This document shows, one piece after another, positions 1-6,952 of a stretch of 11,068 nucleotides of DNA (the first letter of the stretch is position 1; the number at the start of each line of letters is the position of its first letter). The notes below the pieces were generated by a model, which worked only from the letters and a program-made list of their open reading frames with translations, did not search any database and had not been told where the DNA came from. Source of the stretch: Akkermansiaceae bacterium UBA4581 (GTDB lineage: Bacteria > Verrucomicrobiota > Verrucomicrobiia > Verrucomicrobiales > Akkermansiaceae). The stretch is from positions 1 to 11,068 of the forward strand of contig DGKB01000024.1 in NCBI GenBank assembly GCA_002386905.1. The letters run 5' to 3'. The position numbers and the translations under genes are program-made.

Positions 1-1
1 T

Positions 2-523
2 GGTTTTTATAAAAATTTAGATGTTAAAATTCCATTCCCACCAGAAGTTTCTAAGGTAGAGAATAAGCTACGCTCAATAGGCTTGGATAAACCTATCGAT
101 AGTTTTGTACTGACACTCAACCGTGCTGCAGAGTCAGCGACCCAGCAGGCGGCGCCTATATTTTTAGCAGCTATTAAAGATATGAGCATCAAGGACGGCT
201 TTGCCATTCTTGCTGGAGGCGATGAAGCGGCTACTAATTATCTCAAATCCAAAACGAGCAAGCAACTCACCAAGCAATTCAGTCCTATTGTAGCCCGGGC
301 AATCAACCAAGCAGAGGTGACTAAGTATTGGGCACCTGTAATGAATACTTATAATCAGTTTTCTTTTTCTTCTAAAACTATAAACCCCGATTTAGAAGCT
401 TATGTAACAAATAAGGCTATTGATGGTGTATTTTTGATGTTAGCGGGAGAAGAGAAAAAAATTAGGGAAAATCCTCTTGCCAGAACCTCAGATTTATTAG
501 AAAAGGTATTTGGCTCTTTATAA
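2..523 (+). CDS. DUF4197-like hypothetical protein (5' partial; frame is open to the window edge)
   Basis: The ORF track starts this ORF at TTG 83. The same frame has no stop back to position 2, so the gene most likely begins upstream of the window. The translation (...NRAAESATQQAAPIFLAAIKDMSIKDGFAILAGGDEAATNYL...FSPIVARAINQAEVTKYW...YNQ) resembles the C-terminal half of DUF4197 family proteins. This is from memory, not a search. Confidence 0.5.
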   Translation, partial: GFYKNLDVKIPFPPEVSKVENKLRSIGLDKPIDSFVLTLNRAAESATQQAAPIFLAAIKDMSIKDGFAILAGGDEAATNYLKSKTSKQLTKQFSPIVARAINQAEVTKYWAPVMNTYNQFSFSSKTINPDLEAYVTNKAIDGVFLMLAGEEKKIRENPLARTSDLLEKVFGSL

Positions 524-544
524 AATCATTATTATTTTAACTCT

Positions 545-883
545 ATGAAAGCTATGAAAAAAACATGTTCTATTATTAGTATCTTTGCAGTAACCTTAAC
601 TCTGTCAAACTGCGCATTACTGGAATTACCATTTAAGGCTGTAGGCACTGTATTAGACACCACGAGTTCGGTTATTAAATCTACTACAGGAGCAGCAAGT
701 AACGCAGCTACAAAAGCGGCTCCATTCTTCTTGGAACATACAGATGAGGGGGCTACAACAGAAGAGTCATTACAAGAGTTTCAAGGCTCGCCAGAGTTAG
801 AAGCTTCAGAAGTTCAAAAAGTACAAGAATTAGCACATCCTTTAATAATTGATGAGCAAGCCTTGATATACGTGTCTAATTAG
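545..883 (+). CDS. small secreted protein / putative lipoprotein (112 aa)
   Basis: The N-terminus MKAMKKTCSIISIFAVTLTLSNC looks like a signal peptide with Cys at a lipobox-like position (L-S-N-C, non-canonical at -1). The remainder is low-complexity, Thr/Ala/Glu-rich. It lies 21 bp downstream of the DUF4197-like gene, so the two are probably co-transcribed. No Shine-Dalgarno sequence. Confidence 0.4.
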   Translation: MKAMKKTCSIISIFAVTLTLSNCALLELPFKAVGTVLDTTSSVIKSTTGAASNAATKAAPFFLEHTDEGATTEESLQEFQGSPELEASEVQKVQELAHPLIIDEQALIYVSN

Positions 884-891
884 AAGATATT

Positions 892-1617
892 TTAACGATT
901 GCGGTAGTCTCGAGGAGAAACATGTTTTTTTGCCTTAAAGGCCCTTGAGAATGCTGTTGGGCTTTCATAACCACAAGCGTCTGCAATCTCAGCCATACTC
1001 AGTACAGATTCACGAAGTAGCTTACAGGCTTTATTGATTCTTAATTGGGCAATAAACTGTTGGGGTGTTATTTGGAGATATTCTTTAAACCTTCGATTTA
1101 AGGTTGATTCTGAAACTCCAGCAAATTCAGCTAATTTTTTAACATTAATATTAGCTTCGAGATGATCACTGGTATGATCAACAATTGAATTTATTTTTTG
1201 ATATTCAAGAGGAATATCTTCATTAGCATTATCAAATGGTCTAGAGATTCCTGTCGTGCCAATGACATTACCTTTTTCGTCAAAAATTGGTAATTTAATA
1301 ATTTTTCTCCATTCAACAGCGCCAGAGGAGTGTAGGATAAGCTCTAATTTGCCTTTTATAGGCTTACCTGTTTGAATAACGTAGTTGTCATCAATAGTAA
1401 AATTAGTAGCAAGCTCTTTTGGGTAAAGGTCTACATCAGTTTTACCTATAATTTGATTTTCGTTTAAGTTGAGGTAATCAGCAAATGCTTGGTTTATTTT
1501 TATAATAGTTAGATTTTTATCTTTTACCCAAAAAATAGTGTTGGGCAATTGATTAAAGATAGCAAAAAAAGCTTGGTTGACTTTATTTAAAATAACACTG
1601 TTTAATTGTGAATCCAT
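892..1617 (-). CDS. AraC/XylS-family transcriptional regulator with N-terminal PAS sensor domain (241 aa)
   Basis: The C-terminal ~100 aa carry the two AraC-type helix-turn-helix motifs (LAEFAGVSESTLNRRFKEYLQITPQQFIAQLRINKACKLL...SMAEIADACGYESPTAFSRAFKAKKHVSPRDYR). The N-terminal ~120 aa have a PAS-like pattern (IIKINQAFADYLNLNENQIIGKTDVDLYP...DDNYVIQTGKPI...ELILHSSGAVEWRKIIKLPIFDEKGNVIGTTGISRPF). The gene is convergent with the upstream + gene, with stop codons only 8 bp apart. Confidence 0.8.
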   Translation of the reverse strand: MDSQLNSVILNKVNQAFFAIFNQLPNTIFWVKDKNLTIIKINQAFADYLNLNENQIIGKTDVDLYPKELATNFTIDDNYVIQTGKPIKGKLELILHSSGAVEWRKIIKLPIFDEKGNVIGTTGISRPFDNANEDIPLEYQKINSIVDHTSDHLEANINVKKLAEFAGVSESTLNRRFKEYLQITPQQFIAQLRINKACKLLRESVLSMAEIADACGYESPTAFSRAFKAKKHVSPRDYRNR

Positions 1618-1618
1618 A
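1602..1618. repeat. 17-bp exact direct repeat TTAATTGTGAATCCATA (copy 1; spans the start codon and first 5 codons of the PAS-AraC gene)
   Basis: Identical 17-mer at 1602-1618 and 4423-4439. Flanks are unrelated. The chance expectation for one 17-mer match in 11 kb is about 0.01. Confidence 0.7.
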
Positions 1619-1647
1619 TTATATATCTATAAGTTTCTTTTTATGAA

Positions 1648-1664
1648 TTGTAACTATTTTACAA
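1648..1664 (-). promoter_or_regulatory. inverted repeat TTGTAA-n5-TTACAA in the promoter region of the PAS-AraC gene
   Basis: Perfect 6-bp inverted repeat with a 5-bp spacer, 31 bp upstream of the regulator's ATG, inside a 135-bp AT-rich intergenic region. This is a candidate operator. The call rests on sequence only. Confidence 0.2.
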
Positions 1665-1752
1665 CTCTTTTTTATATAATAAGAAATTTTCTTAAATAAA
1701 AGAACACTTATTTTTTAAAAAACTATTATCAAAATAATGTTTAATGAGCTGT

Positions 1753-2115
1753 TTATTTTTGAGTTTCGAATGCAGCTTCCCATTGTGCTTCTTTGAAACC
1801 TAATAAATGAATATTATTGCCAATAACAAAAGGGCGTTTTACTAAGTTTCCATGTTCACTAAGTAGTAGCAGAGCTTGCTGTTGAGATAAATTAGGTAGA
1901 GTTTCTTTGAGCCCCATGGATCGGTAATCCATACCTGACGTATTAAAAAGTGACTTTAATTTACCTTGAGCTTTTAACATAGATGTTAGCTCAATTATGG
2001 TAGGTGGAGTTTCGCGTATAGCAATTTCCTCGAATTGGATATTGTGTGTGTTTAGCCATTTGATGGCTTTACGACAACTGTCACATTTTTGATACGCATA
2101 AACTTTTATCATCAT
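1753..2115 (-). CDS. ArsC/Spx/YffB-family protein (thioredoxin-fold, CxxC) (120 aa)
   Basis: N-terminal IKVYAYQKCDSCRKAIKWLNTHNI with a CxxC motif, and C-terminal LVKRPFVIGNNIHLLGFKEAQWEAAF. Both match the ArsC-family (PF03960-like) layout seen in YffB and Spx. It lies 27 bp downstream of the SDR gene on the same strand. Confidence 0.75.
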   Translation of the reverse strand: MMIKVYAYQKCDSCRKAIKWLNTHNIQFEEIAIRETPPTIIELTSMLKAQGKLKSLFNTSGMDYRSMGLKETLPNLSQQQALLLLSEHGNLVKRPFVIGNNIHLLGFKEAQWEAAFETQK

Positions 2116-2142
2116 TTTTTAGTTAAATGAGTATGGATTAAT

Positions 2143-2943
2143 CTAGCTCCAAGGTCGTCTTCTGACAATAGCTCTAATTGCAATGATGGGTAATGCCGCA
2201 AGCACCGTAGCCGCAATTTTAACACCTAACCCAGGGTATAGCTTAGTGCGCTTATGGGATAGAGATTGCAGAGTTTCTTTAACCATTTCCTCTTTAGATA
2301 TTTTAACCCAGCTAGGGCGCTTAATTTCTGCCTTATCACCATGTCTTAGCGCTACTTTGCCAAAATTAGTACTAACAGGTCCAGGACATACATCTAGCAC
2401 TAAAATGTTTTGCTCTTCTAATTCAATGGCTAATGCCTCAGAGAAGCTCGAAACAAAAGCTTTAGACCCGGCATAGACAGCGAAGTCGGGCATTGGAATA
2501 AGGTGAGACAGTGAGCTGATATTAACTATACTGCCCTTATTGAACTTTAAATTAGGTATAGCTGCATGCGTGATATGTAATAGGGCTGAGATATTCACAT
2601 CTACAACCTGTTGTAATTTATCAAAATTTGCAGATTCAAAGCTACCATAATCACCCAAACCAGCGTTATTAATGAGTAAGTCGAGGTTTGATCCTTTAGT
2701 TTTTAAGTAGCGTTCAATTTTAGATTTGAAACGTGGATTGGTTAAATCACCGCTTAGCAAAGTGATGCTGATATGATGCTTAGTTTTTAAGTCTTTAGCT
2801 AGAGCCTTGAGTAGATTTTTTCTTCGAGCAATAAGTACTAAGTGTTCAGCATGAGGCGCTAGCTGTTTGGCAAATTCCTCACCAAATCCTGACGAAGCAC
2901 CAGTAATGATAACTTGCTTATACAAAGTTTTATCACTGCTCAT
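2143..2943 (-). CDS. short-chain dehydrogenase/reductase (SDR) with C-terminal hydrophobic tail (266 aa)
   Basis: Motifs present: TGASSGFGEEFA (the TGxxxGxG NAD(P)-binding motif), NNAG, and the catalytic YAGSKAF (YxxxK). The C-terminus GVKIAATVLAALPIIAIRAIVRRRPWS looks like a tail-anchoring transmembrane helix. Confidence 0.85.
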   Translation of the reverse strand: MSSDKTLYKQVIITGASSGFGEEFAKQLAPHAEHLVLIARRKNLLKALAKDLKTKHHISITLLSGDLTNPRFKSKIERYLKTKGSNLDLLINNAGLGDYGSFESANFDKLQQVVDVNISALLHITHAAIPNLKFNKGSIVNISSLSHLIPMPDFAVYAGSKAFVSSFSEALAIELEEQNILVLDVCPGPVSTNFGKVALRHGDKAEIKRPSWVKISKEEMVKETLQSLSHKRTKLYPGLGVKIAATVLAALPIIAIRAIVRRRPWS

Positions 2944-2974
2944 AATTTACTTATAATCTAAAGTTGAATCAGGT

Positions 2975-3850
2975 TTATTTGCGTTTATATTGCTTGCCAG
3001 TTGATTTTCTAGAGTTAGCTCGGCTTTCCTGCTTACGCTCTTGGAAGCTAGCACCTCTGCGAGGATTACCATGATTTGACTTACCTTTTGAATTAGATTT
3101 ATCTGATGATTTTTTGGCAGCTAGGCTTTCTAAAGTTAAGTAACCATTTAGCTCCATATTAGTGTGGAATATTTTTTCCCATTCAGCTTGACCCAAGAAA
3201 CGCCATGATCCAAGAGCTAAATCCGCATCCCAAAGTCCTCCTACACGCACACGTACAAGTTTTTCTACTCTAAAACCTAGAGTTTGGAACATACGACGGA
3301 TTTGGCGGTTTTTTCCTTGAGATAAAACTACGACTAGGCGTCTAGCTGAGATACGTTTAACTGCGTCGAACTTCATTTTGCCCTCTTCTTTGCTGTAAAT
3401 GCCTTTGAGCAGAGGAGCTAACTTATCTTTTTCAAACGCTTGGTTGAGCGTGACGAGATATTCTTTTTGTACACCATGTTTAGGTGACGCAATTTGCTGG
3501 GCCAAATCACCATCATTAGTAAGGATTAATAAACCTTCGGTAGCGGCATCAAGACGTCCAACAGGGGACAAGTGGTGCAGACGCTTAGGTAGTAAATGGT
3601 AAATAGACGGTATTTTCTGTTCACTCTTTTTACTACAGACGCAACCCTTTGGCTTATGCCACAGCACGACTTCTGTATCAATAGGTTGTAGAGTTTTAGA
3701 GTCATAAACAACCTTATCATCCTCAGTTACGATAAAATTGAGCTGCTTACAAACCTCACCATTAATAGCGATGAGACCAGCTTCGATAACCTTATCACAA
3801 TCACGACGTGATCCTAGTCCACAACGAGATAAATAACGGTTAAGACGCAT
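2975..3850 (-). CDS. rluB: RluB/RsuA-family pseudouridine synthase with S4 domain and basic C-terminal tail
   Basis: S4-like N-terminus MRLNRYLSRCGLGSRRDCDKVIEAGLIAING. Catalytic region HLSPVGRLDAATEGLLILTNDGDLAQQIASPKHGVQKEYLV (the GRLD...EGLL...TNDG motif). Lys/Arg/Ser-rich C-terminal tail typical of RluB. The ORF track extends the ORF to a TTG at 3898, adding 16 aa (MQQPLYLATPFTYITL). I prefer the ATG at 3850 because the S4 domain begins immediately after it. The exact start remains uncertain. Confidence 0.8.
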   Translation of the reverse strand: MRLNRYLSRCGLGSRRDCDKVIEAGLIAINGEVCKQLNFIVTEDDKVVYDSKTLQPIDTEVVLWHKPKGCVCSKKSEQKIPSIYHLLPKRLHHLSPVGRLDAATEGLLILTNDGDLAQQIASPKHGVQKEYLVTLNQAFEKDKLAPLLKGIYSKEEGKMKFDAVKRISARRLVVVLSQGKNRQIRRMFQTLGFRVEKLVRVRVGGLWDADLALGSWRFLGQAEWEKIFHTNMELNGYLTLESLAAKKSSDKSNSKGKSNHGNPRRGASFQERKQESRANSRKSTGKQYKRK

Positions 3851-4026
3851 AAGAGTAATATAAGTAAAAGGAGTGGCTAGATAAAGGGGCTGTTGCAAGT
3901 CTAGTGATAATGAGCCCGTTAGTTAATTTTGCCATAAGTAAGAAGTGACCGCTAGCGTGTATAGACATACCGCTAAGAGAACGCCACAGCTTATGGTAAA
4001 AGGAACAACGGTTACATGCACTCAAT

Positions 4027-4051
4027 TTCAAATCAACTTTGTTGATTTGAA
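4027..4051. promoter_or_regulatory. 11-bp perfect inverted repeat TTCAAATCAAC-ttt-GTTGATTTGAA in the long non-coding region upstream of rluB
   Basis: Seen directly in the sequence. No adjacent U-run on either strand, so it is not a classical terminator. It lies in the ~270-bp non-coding stretch between the small-gene terminator and the rluB start. Candidate operator or RNA structural element. Confidence 0.3.
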
Positions 4052-4121
4052 GAAACTTTAAAAATTTTACTAAAATGGTCATGATTAATAGACTTGCAAT
4101 AGTCCCATAAAGCCTAATAGA

Positions 4122-4151
4122 CAAAAAAAGGCAGTCTATAAAAGACCACCT
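4122..4151 (-). terminator. rho-independent terminator of the small basic protein gene
   Basis: The minus-strand transcript reads AGGUGGUCU-uuuau-AGACUGCCU followed by UUUUUU(U). The stem is 9 bp including two G-U wobbles. The U-run corresponds to the plus-strand A7 at 4123-4129. It lies 29 nt downstream of the small ORF's stop codon. Confidence 0.45.
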
Positions 4152-4179
4152 TATTTTTTATTAAGTGCTTAATAATTAA

Positions 4180-4335
4180 TTAAGCGTTAGGTGTAGTTTT
4201 TGGTAAGCCAATTGCGCTAGCGCCTTCTTCCCACTCACCGCGTTCCTTAAGAAGTTTTACACGTTCAAAACGCTTTAGAACTGTTTGACCTTGTTTAGCA
4301 CCACCACTTGCTTTGAGACTGTTATGTTTAGACAT
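4180..4335 (-). CDS. small basic hypothetical protein, 51 aa (absent from the ORF track)
   Basis: Hand translation of the minus strand gives MSKHNSLKASGGAKQGQTVLKRFERVKLLKERGEWEEGASAIGLPKTTPNA, ATG at 4335 and TAA at 4180-4182. Net charge is positive (10 K/R versus 5 E). A terminator hairpin plus U-run follows immediately, and an upstream intergenic region precedes it. It sits in an otherwise unexplained gap. Confidence 0.45.
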   Translation of the reverse strand: MSKHNSLKASGGAKQGQTVLKRFERVKLLKERGEWEEGASAIGLPKTTPNA

Positions 4336-4393
4336 GATATAAGAAATTGTTAAGAGGTTGTATGTTTAAGGGTGTTAAGCTGAAAAAGCAAGT

Positions 4394-4432
4394 AAAAAAT
4401 CACACTAAAGTAGAGAGTCAACTTAATTGTGA
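4394..4432 (-). terminator. possible terminator of the efp/SMP-30 transcript (weak)
   Basis: The minus strand reads TCACA-(23-nt partially self-pairing loop)-TGTGA followed by UUUUUU (plus-strand A6 at 4394-4399). It starts 33 nt downstream of the SMP-30-like stop and overlaps the 17-bp repeat. The stem is short. Confidence 0.25.
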
Positions 4433-4439
4433 ATCCATA
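4423..4439. repeat. 17-bp exact direct repeat TTAATTGTGAATCCATA (copy 2; intergenic, between the SMP-30-like stop and the small basic gene)
   Basis: Same 17-mer. On the minus strand it reads ATG GAT TCA CAA TTA AGT TGA (MDSQLS-stop, 4418-4438). Confidence 0.7.
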
Positions 4440-4464
4440 AAATTTCACCCTAACTAGAGTGACT

Positions 4465-5328
4465 TTATTCAGCTAAATGGAAACAAGAAGCAGGACCCCC
4501 CGTAACACCTAGGTCATTAATGGTTAGGACTCTACCCGCAAGCTCTTCAACTTGAGTCTTATGGATACCCGTAGTCACATAAAGTGTGGCTAAATCATCT
4601 CCACCAAAAGCAACAGCGGTCGTCTCTAAACATGGTAAGTCAACAGTTTTTATGAGCTCTCCAGTCTGCCCATTGTAATTAACAACACAAGAACCATGGC
4701 AAAAAGCTACCCATAAATTACCATCACTATCAATAGTCATGCCATCAGGTGAGCCCTCAGTAGCTGTCGTGTCTACCAAAGTTTTGGGATGACTAAGCTC
4801 TCCATTGTTGTAATCAAATACAAGGATTTTTTGAGTAGGGGTATCAATATAATAGCACTTATCCCCAGCTATATTCCATACGATGCCATTAGAATTAGTC
4901 ACGTTAGGGTAGGCAACAGTGATTTGCTTGTCGTATTTGCTCAAGCGATATAAAGCCGCATCTCCAGTCTCTTTGACTAAGCTAATAGTTCCTGCAAATA
5001 AATGCCCATCAGGTGAGCATTTGCCGTCATTAAATCGGTTGTTTGGTTTATTGGACTCTGGGTCACCTATCGGTTGTTTATCAGAGTTACTTAAATTAAA
5101 TGTATACAACCCTGTATCTGTACCAATAATCCAAATATTATTAAGGTCAGTAGGTGCGGCGAATCCAATACGCTCCCCAATATCCCATGTTTGTTGATTG
5201 TTAGTAGTTGGGCGATACTGGATGAGTAGATGTTTTTCAATATCTACATAATAAAGAGAATAATTCCACCAAATAGGGCCTTCACCCCATGTAGATACAC
5301 GGCTACCTGCTAATCTAATGTCAGACAT
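4465..5328 (-). CDS. SMP-30/gluconolactonase/LRE-like six-bladed beta-propeller protein (287 aa)
   Basis: Motifs GEGPIWW near the N-terminus, NDGKCSPDGHLFAGT, SNGIVWN...YYIDT, and DGMTIDSDGNLWVA match the regucalcin/gluconolactonase family pattern. The ATG lies 9 nt downstream of the efp stop codon. Confidence 0.8.
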   Translation of the reverse strand: MSDIRLAGSRVSTWGEGPIWWNYSLYYVDIEKHLLIQYRPTTNNQQTWDIGERIGFAAPTDLNNIWIIGTDTGLYTFNLSNSDKQPIGDPESNKPNNRFNDGKCSPDGHLFAGTISLVKETGDAALYRLSKYDKQITVAYPNVTNSNGIVWNIAGDKCYYIDTPTQKILVFDYNNGELSHPKTLVDTTATEGSPDGMTIDSDGNLWVAFCHGSCVVNYNGQTGELIKTVDLPCLETTAVAFGGDDLATLYVTTGIHKTQVEELAGRVLTINDLGVTGGPASCFHLAE

Positions 5329-5337
5329 AATAATAAA

Positions 5338-5898
5338 TTAAGCGCGACTCATGTAAGAGTTGTCTAGGGTATTGACTTTGATAGTTTCGCCTTCTTTTAC
5401 AAATAGAGGAACTTGAATAGTCAAGCCTGTTTCCAAAGTAGCAGGCTTACTTGGGTTGTTAGCTGTATTGCCTTTCACTCCTTCGGCTGAGCTAGTAATA
5501 GTTAGCTCGACACTAGGAGGTAGAGATACGCTGACTGGCTCACCAGCTAGGAAAAGGACTTCAATTTCTTGTCCTTCTTTGAGTAGAGGTAGGGCGTCAG
5601 CAACTAAATCTTCTTGTAAAGCTGTGCTTTCATAAGTATTGGTATCCATAAAATGATAGCCACTTTGATCTTTGTAACTATACTCTAACTTTTGACGGTC
5701 AGTTTCAATAATCTCTACTTTCTCTCCTGAAGCAAAACGAATTGTCTTGGTCTTACTTGTTTTAAAAGAGCGAATCGTCGCCGCAATAAGTGCATTTCCT
5801 TTACCTGGGGTGCGATGTTCAATACCAAGTACAATACCACGTTCACCTTGGTATTCGATACACTGACCTTTTTTTAATTGAGTAGCTACAACTGACAT
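5338..5898 (-). CDS. efp: translation elongation factor P (186 aa)
   Basis: The KOW-like N-terminal domain carries the conserved loop HRTPGKGNA. This is the PGKG loop with a Lys at the position that is modified in the Lys-type EF-P enzymes. The three-domain length and the C-terminal GETIKVNT... are typical of EF-P. Confidence 0.9.
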   Translation of the reverse strand: MSVVATQLKKGQCIEYQGERGIVLGIEHRTPGKGNALIAATIRSFKTSKTKTIRFASGEKVEIIETDRQKLEYSYKDQSGYHFMDTNTYESTALQEDLVADALPLLKEGQEIEVLFLAGEPVSVSLPPSVELTITSSAEGVKGNTANNPSKPATLETGLTIQVPLFVKEGETIKVNTLDNSYMSRA

Positions 5899-5951
5899 AA
5901 TTTTAATTAGAGTTAATTTGTTAAAGAGATAATATATTTAGATAAAGAAAG

Positions 5952-5959
5952 CAAAATTA
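5952..5959 (-). promoter_or_regulatory. TAATTTTG, matching the Bacteroidota -7 promoter consensus TAnnTTTG, upstream of efp
   Basis: The minus strand reads ...CCGAATAATTTTGCTTTC.... The motif overlaps the gpsA stop codon. It would give efp a leader of roughly 45 nt. No convincing -33 TTG is visible. The site fits the absence of Shine-Dalgarno sequences but is weak on its own. Confidence 0.25.
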
Positions 5960-6952
5960 TTCGGTGCCAGGCTCACTTTCTAGTAAGCTTTGTAAGGCTT
6001 TAGTAGCTGAGAATTCCTGGAATAAAATAGAATGAACCGCATCAATTAGAGGGGTGCGCACATCATGCTTGCGAGCCAGAGCATAGATAGATTTAGTGTT
6101 TGGCACACCTTCGGTCACCATGCCAATTTCTGCAGATGCTTGCTCTGCAGATTTACCCTCGGCTAGCTTGAGTCCGACTTGGAAGTTACGAGACATATCG
6201 GTACTGCAAGTTGAGATGAGGTCACCCACACCAGACAAGCCCATGAAAGTCTCAGGGTTGCAGTTTAAAGCCTCTCCTAAGCGTATCATCTCAGCGAGAC
6301 CACGTGTGATAAGCGCAGAAGTAGCGTTATAGCCAAAACCTAAACCACGAGAGATTCCAGAGGCGATAGCCATGGTATTCTTAACTGTTCCTGCGAGTTC
6401 AACACCACGTAAATCTAAACTTCGATAGCAGCGTAAGCGTTGATGACTTAGATAGAGCTGAGCTTGACTGACATCATCATCATTATCCATGGCAATCACA
6501 CAGCAAGTGGGCAAGTCATCCATAACCTCCTCAGCAAAAGTAGGACCAGAAATAACTCCAACTTTGGCTTCTGGAAAGTATTCTTTGATAATAGAGCTCA
6601 TGCCTAGACCTGTATCAAGCTCAATACCTTTGGATGCATTGAGGACAATTTGATGAGAGCTCAGACTTACTTCACTGGACATCTGCTTAAAAATACTGCG
6701 GTAATGAGCAGTTGGAACAACGCTAATAATAATATCGCATTTCGCTAAACATGCATAAGCATAGTGGACCTCTAAATGCTCTGGGAATAAATAACCAGGT
6801 AGATATTTTTTATTTTCACGATCTTGAGTGAGTTTAGCTGCTTGCTCTTGGTTACGTGCTAGCAAGTAAACCTGCTCTGCATTCTTGCTTAAAGTAAAAG
6901 CTAGTGCCGTTCCCCAAGATCCTGCTCCAATTATTCCAATGACGGGTTTCAT
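5957..6952 (-). CDS. gpsA: NAD(P)H-dependent glycerol-3-phosphate dehydrogenase (331 aa)
   Basis: Rossmann N-terminus IGIIGAGSWGTALA. Signature NPETFMGLSGVGDLISTCSTDMSRNFQVG. The start codon overlaps the plsY stop by 4 nt. Confidence 0.9.
   Translation of the reverse strand: MKPVIGIIGAGSWGTALAFTLSKNAEQVYLLARNQEQAAKLTQDRENKKYLPGYLFPEHLEVHYAYACLAKCDIIISVVPTAHYRSIFKQMSSEVSLSSHQIVLNASKGIELDTGLGMSSIIKEYFPEAKVGVISGPTFAEEVMDDLPTCCVIAMDNDDDVSQAQLYLSHQRLRCYRSLDLRGVELAGTVKNTMAIASGISRGLGFGYNATSALITRGLAEMIRLGEALNCNPETFMGLSGVGDLISTCSTDMSRNFQVGLKLAEGKSAEQASAEIGMVTEGVPNTKSIYALARKHDVRTPLIDAVHSILFQEFSATKALQSLLESEPGTE

Noticed and set aside
7-207. 66-aa minus-strand ORF at the 5' edge
   Set aside because: It lies antisense inside the open DUF4197-like frame. 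Its translation has no recognisable features, so it is most likely an overlap artefact.
884-891. Possible shared terminator between the convergent lipoprotein and PAS-AraC genes
   Set aside because: Only 8 bp separate the two stop codons. No hairpin can fit. Any termination must occur within the opposing coding sequences.
2183-2476. Antisense ORFs embedded in larger genes (2183-2476+, 3399-3602+, 3526-3720-, 4919-5197+, 6096-6332+, 8095-8358+, 9053-9253-, 10049-10231+, 10383-10658-)
   Set aside because: Each lies wholly within, or out of frame with, a well-supported gene carrying strong family motifs. The translations are Ser/Cys/Leu-rich junk typical of the reverse complement of AT-rich coding DNA.
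3840-4124. 94-aa minus-strand ORF covering the rluB upstream region
   Set aside because: Low-complexity, hydrophobic, odd translation. It overlaps the rluB N-terminus out of frame and spans the terminator of the small basic gene. Treated as non-coding.
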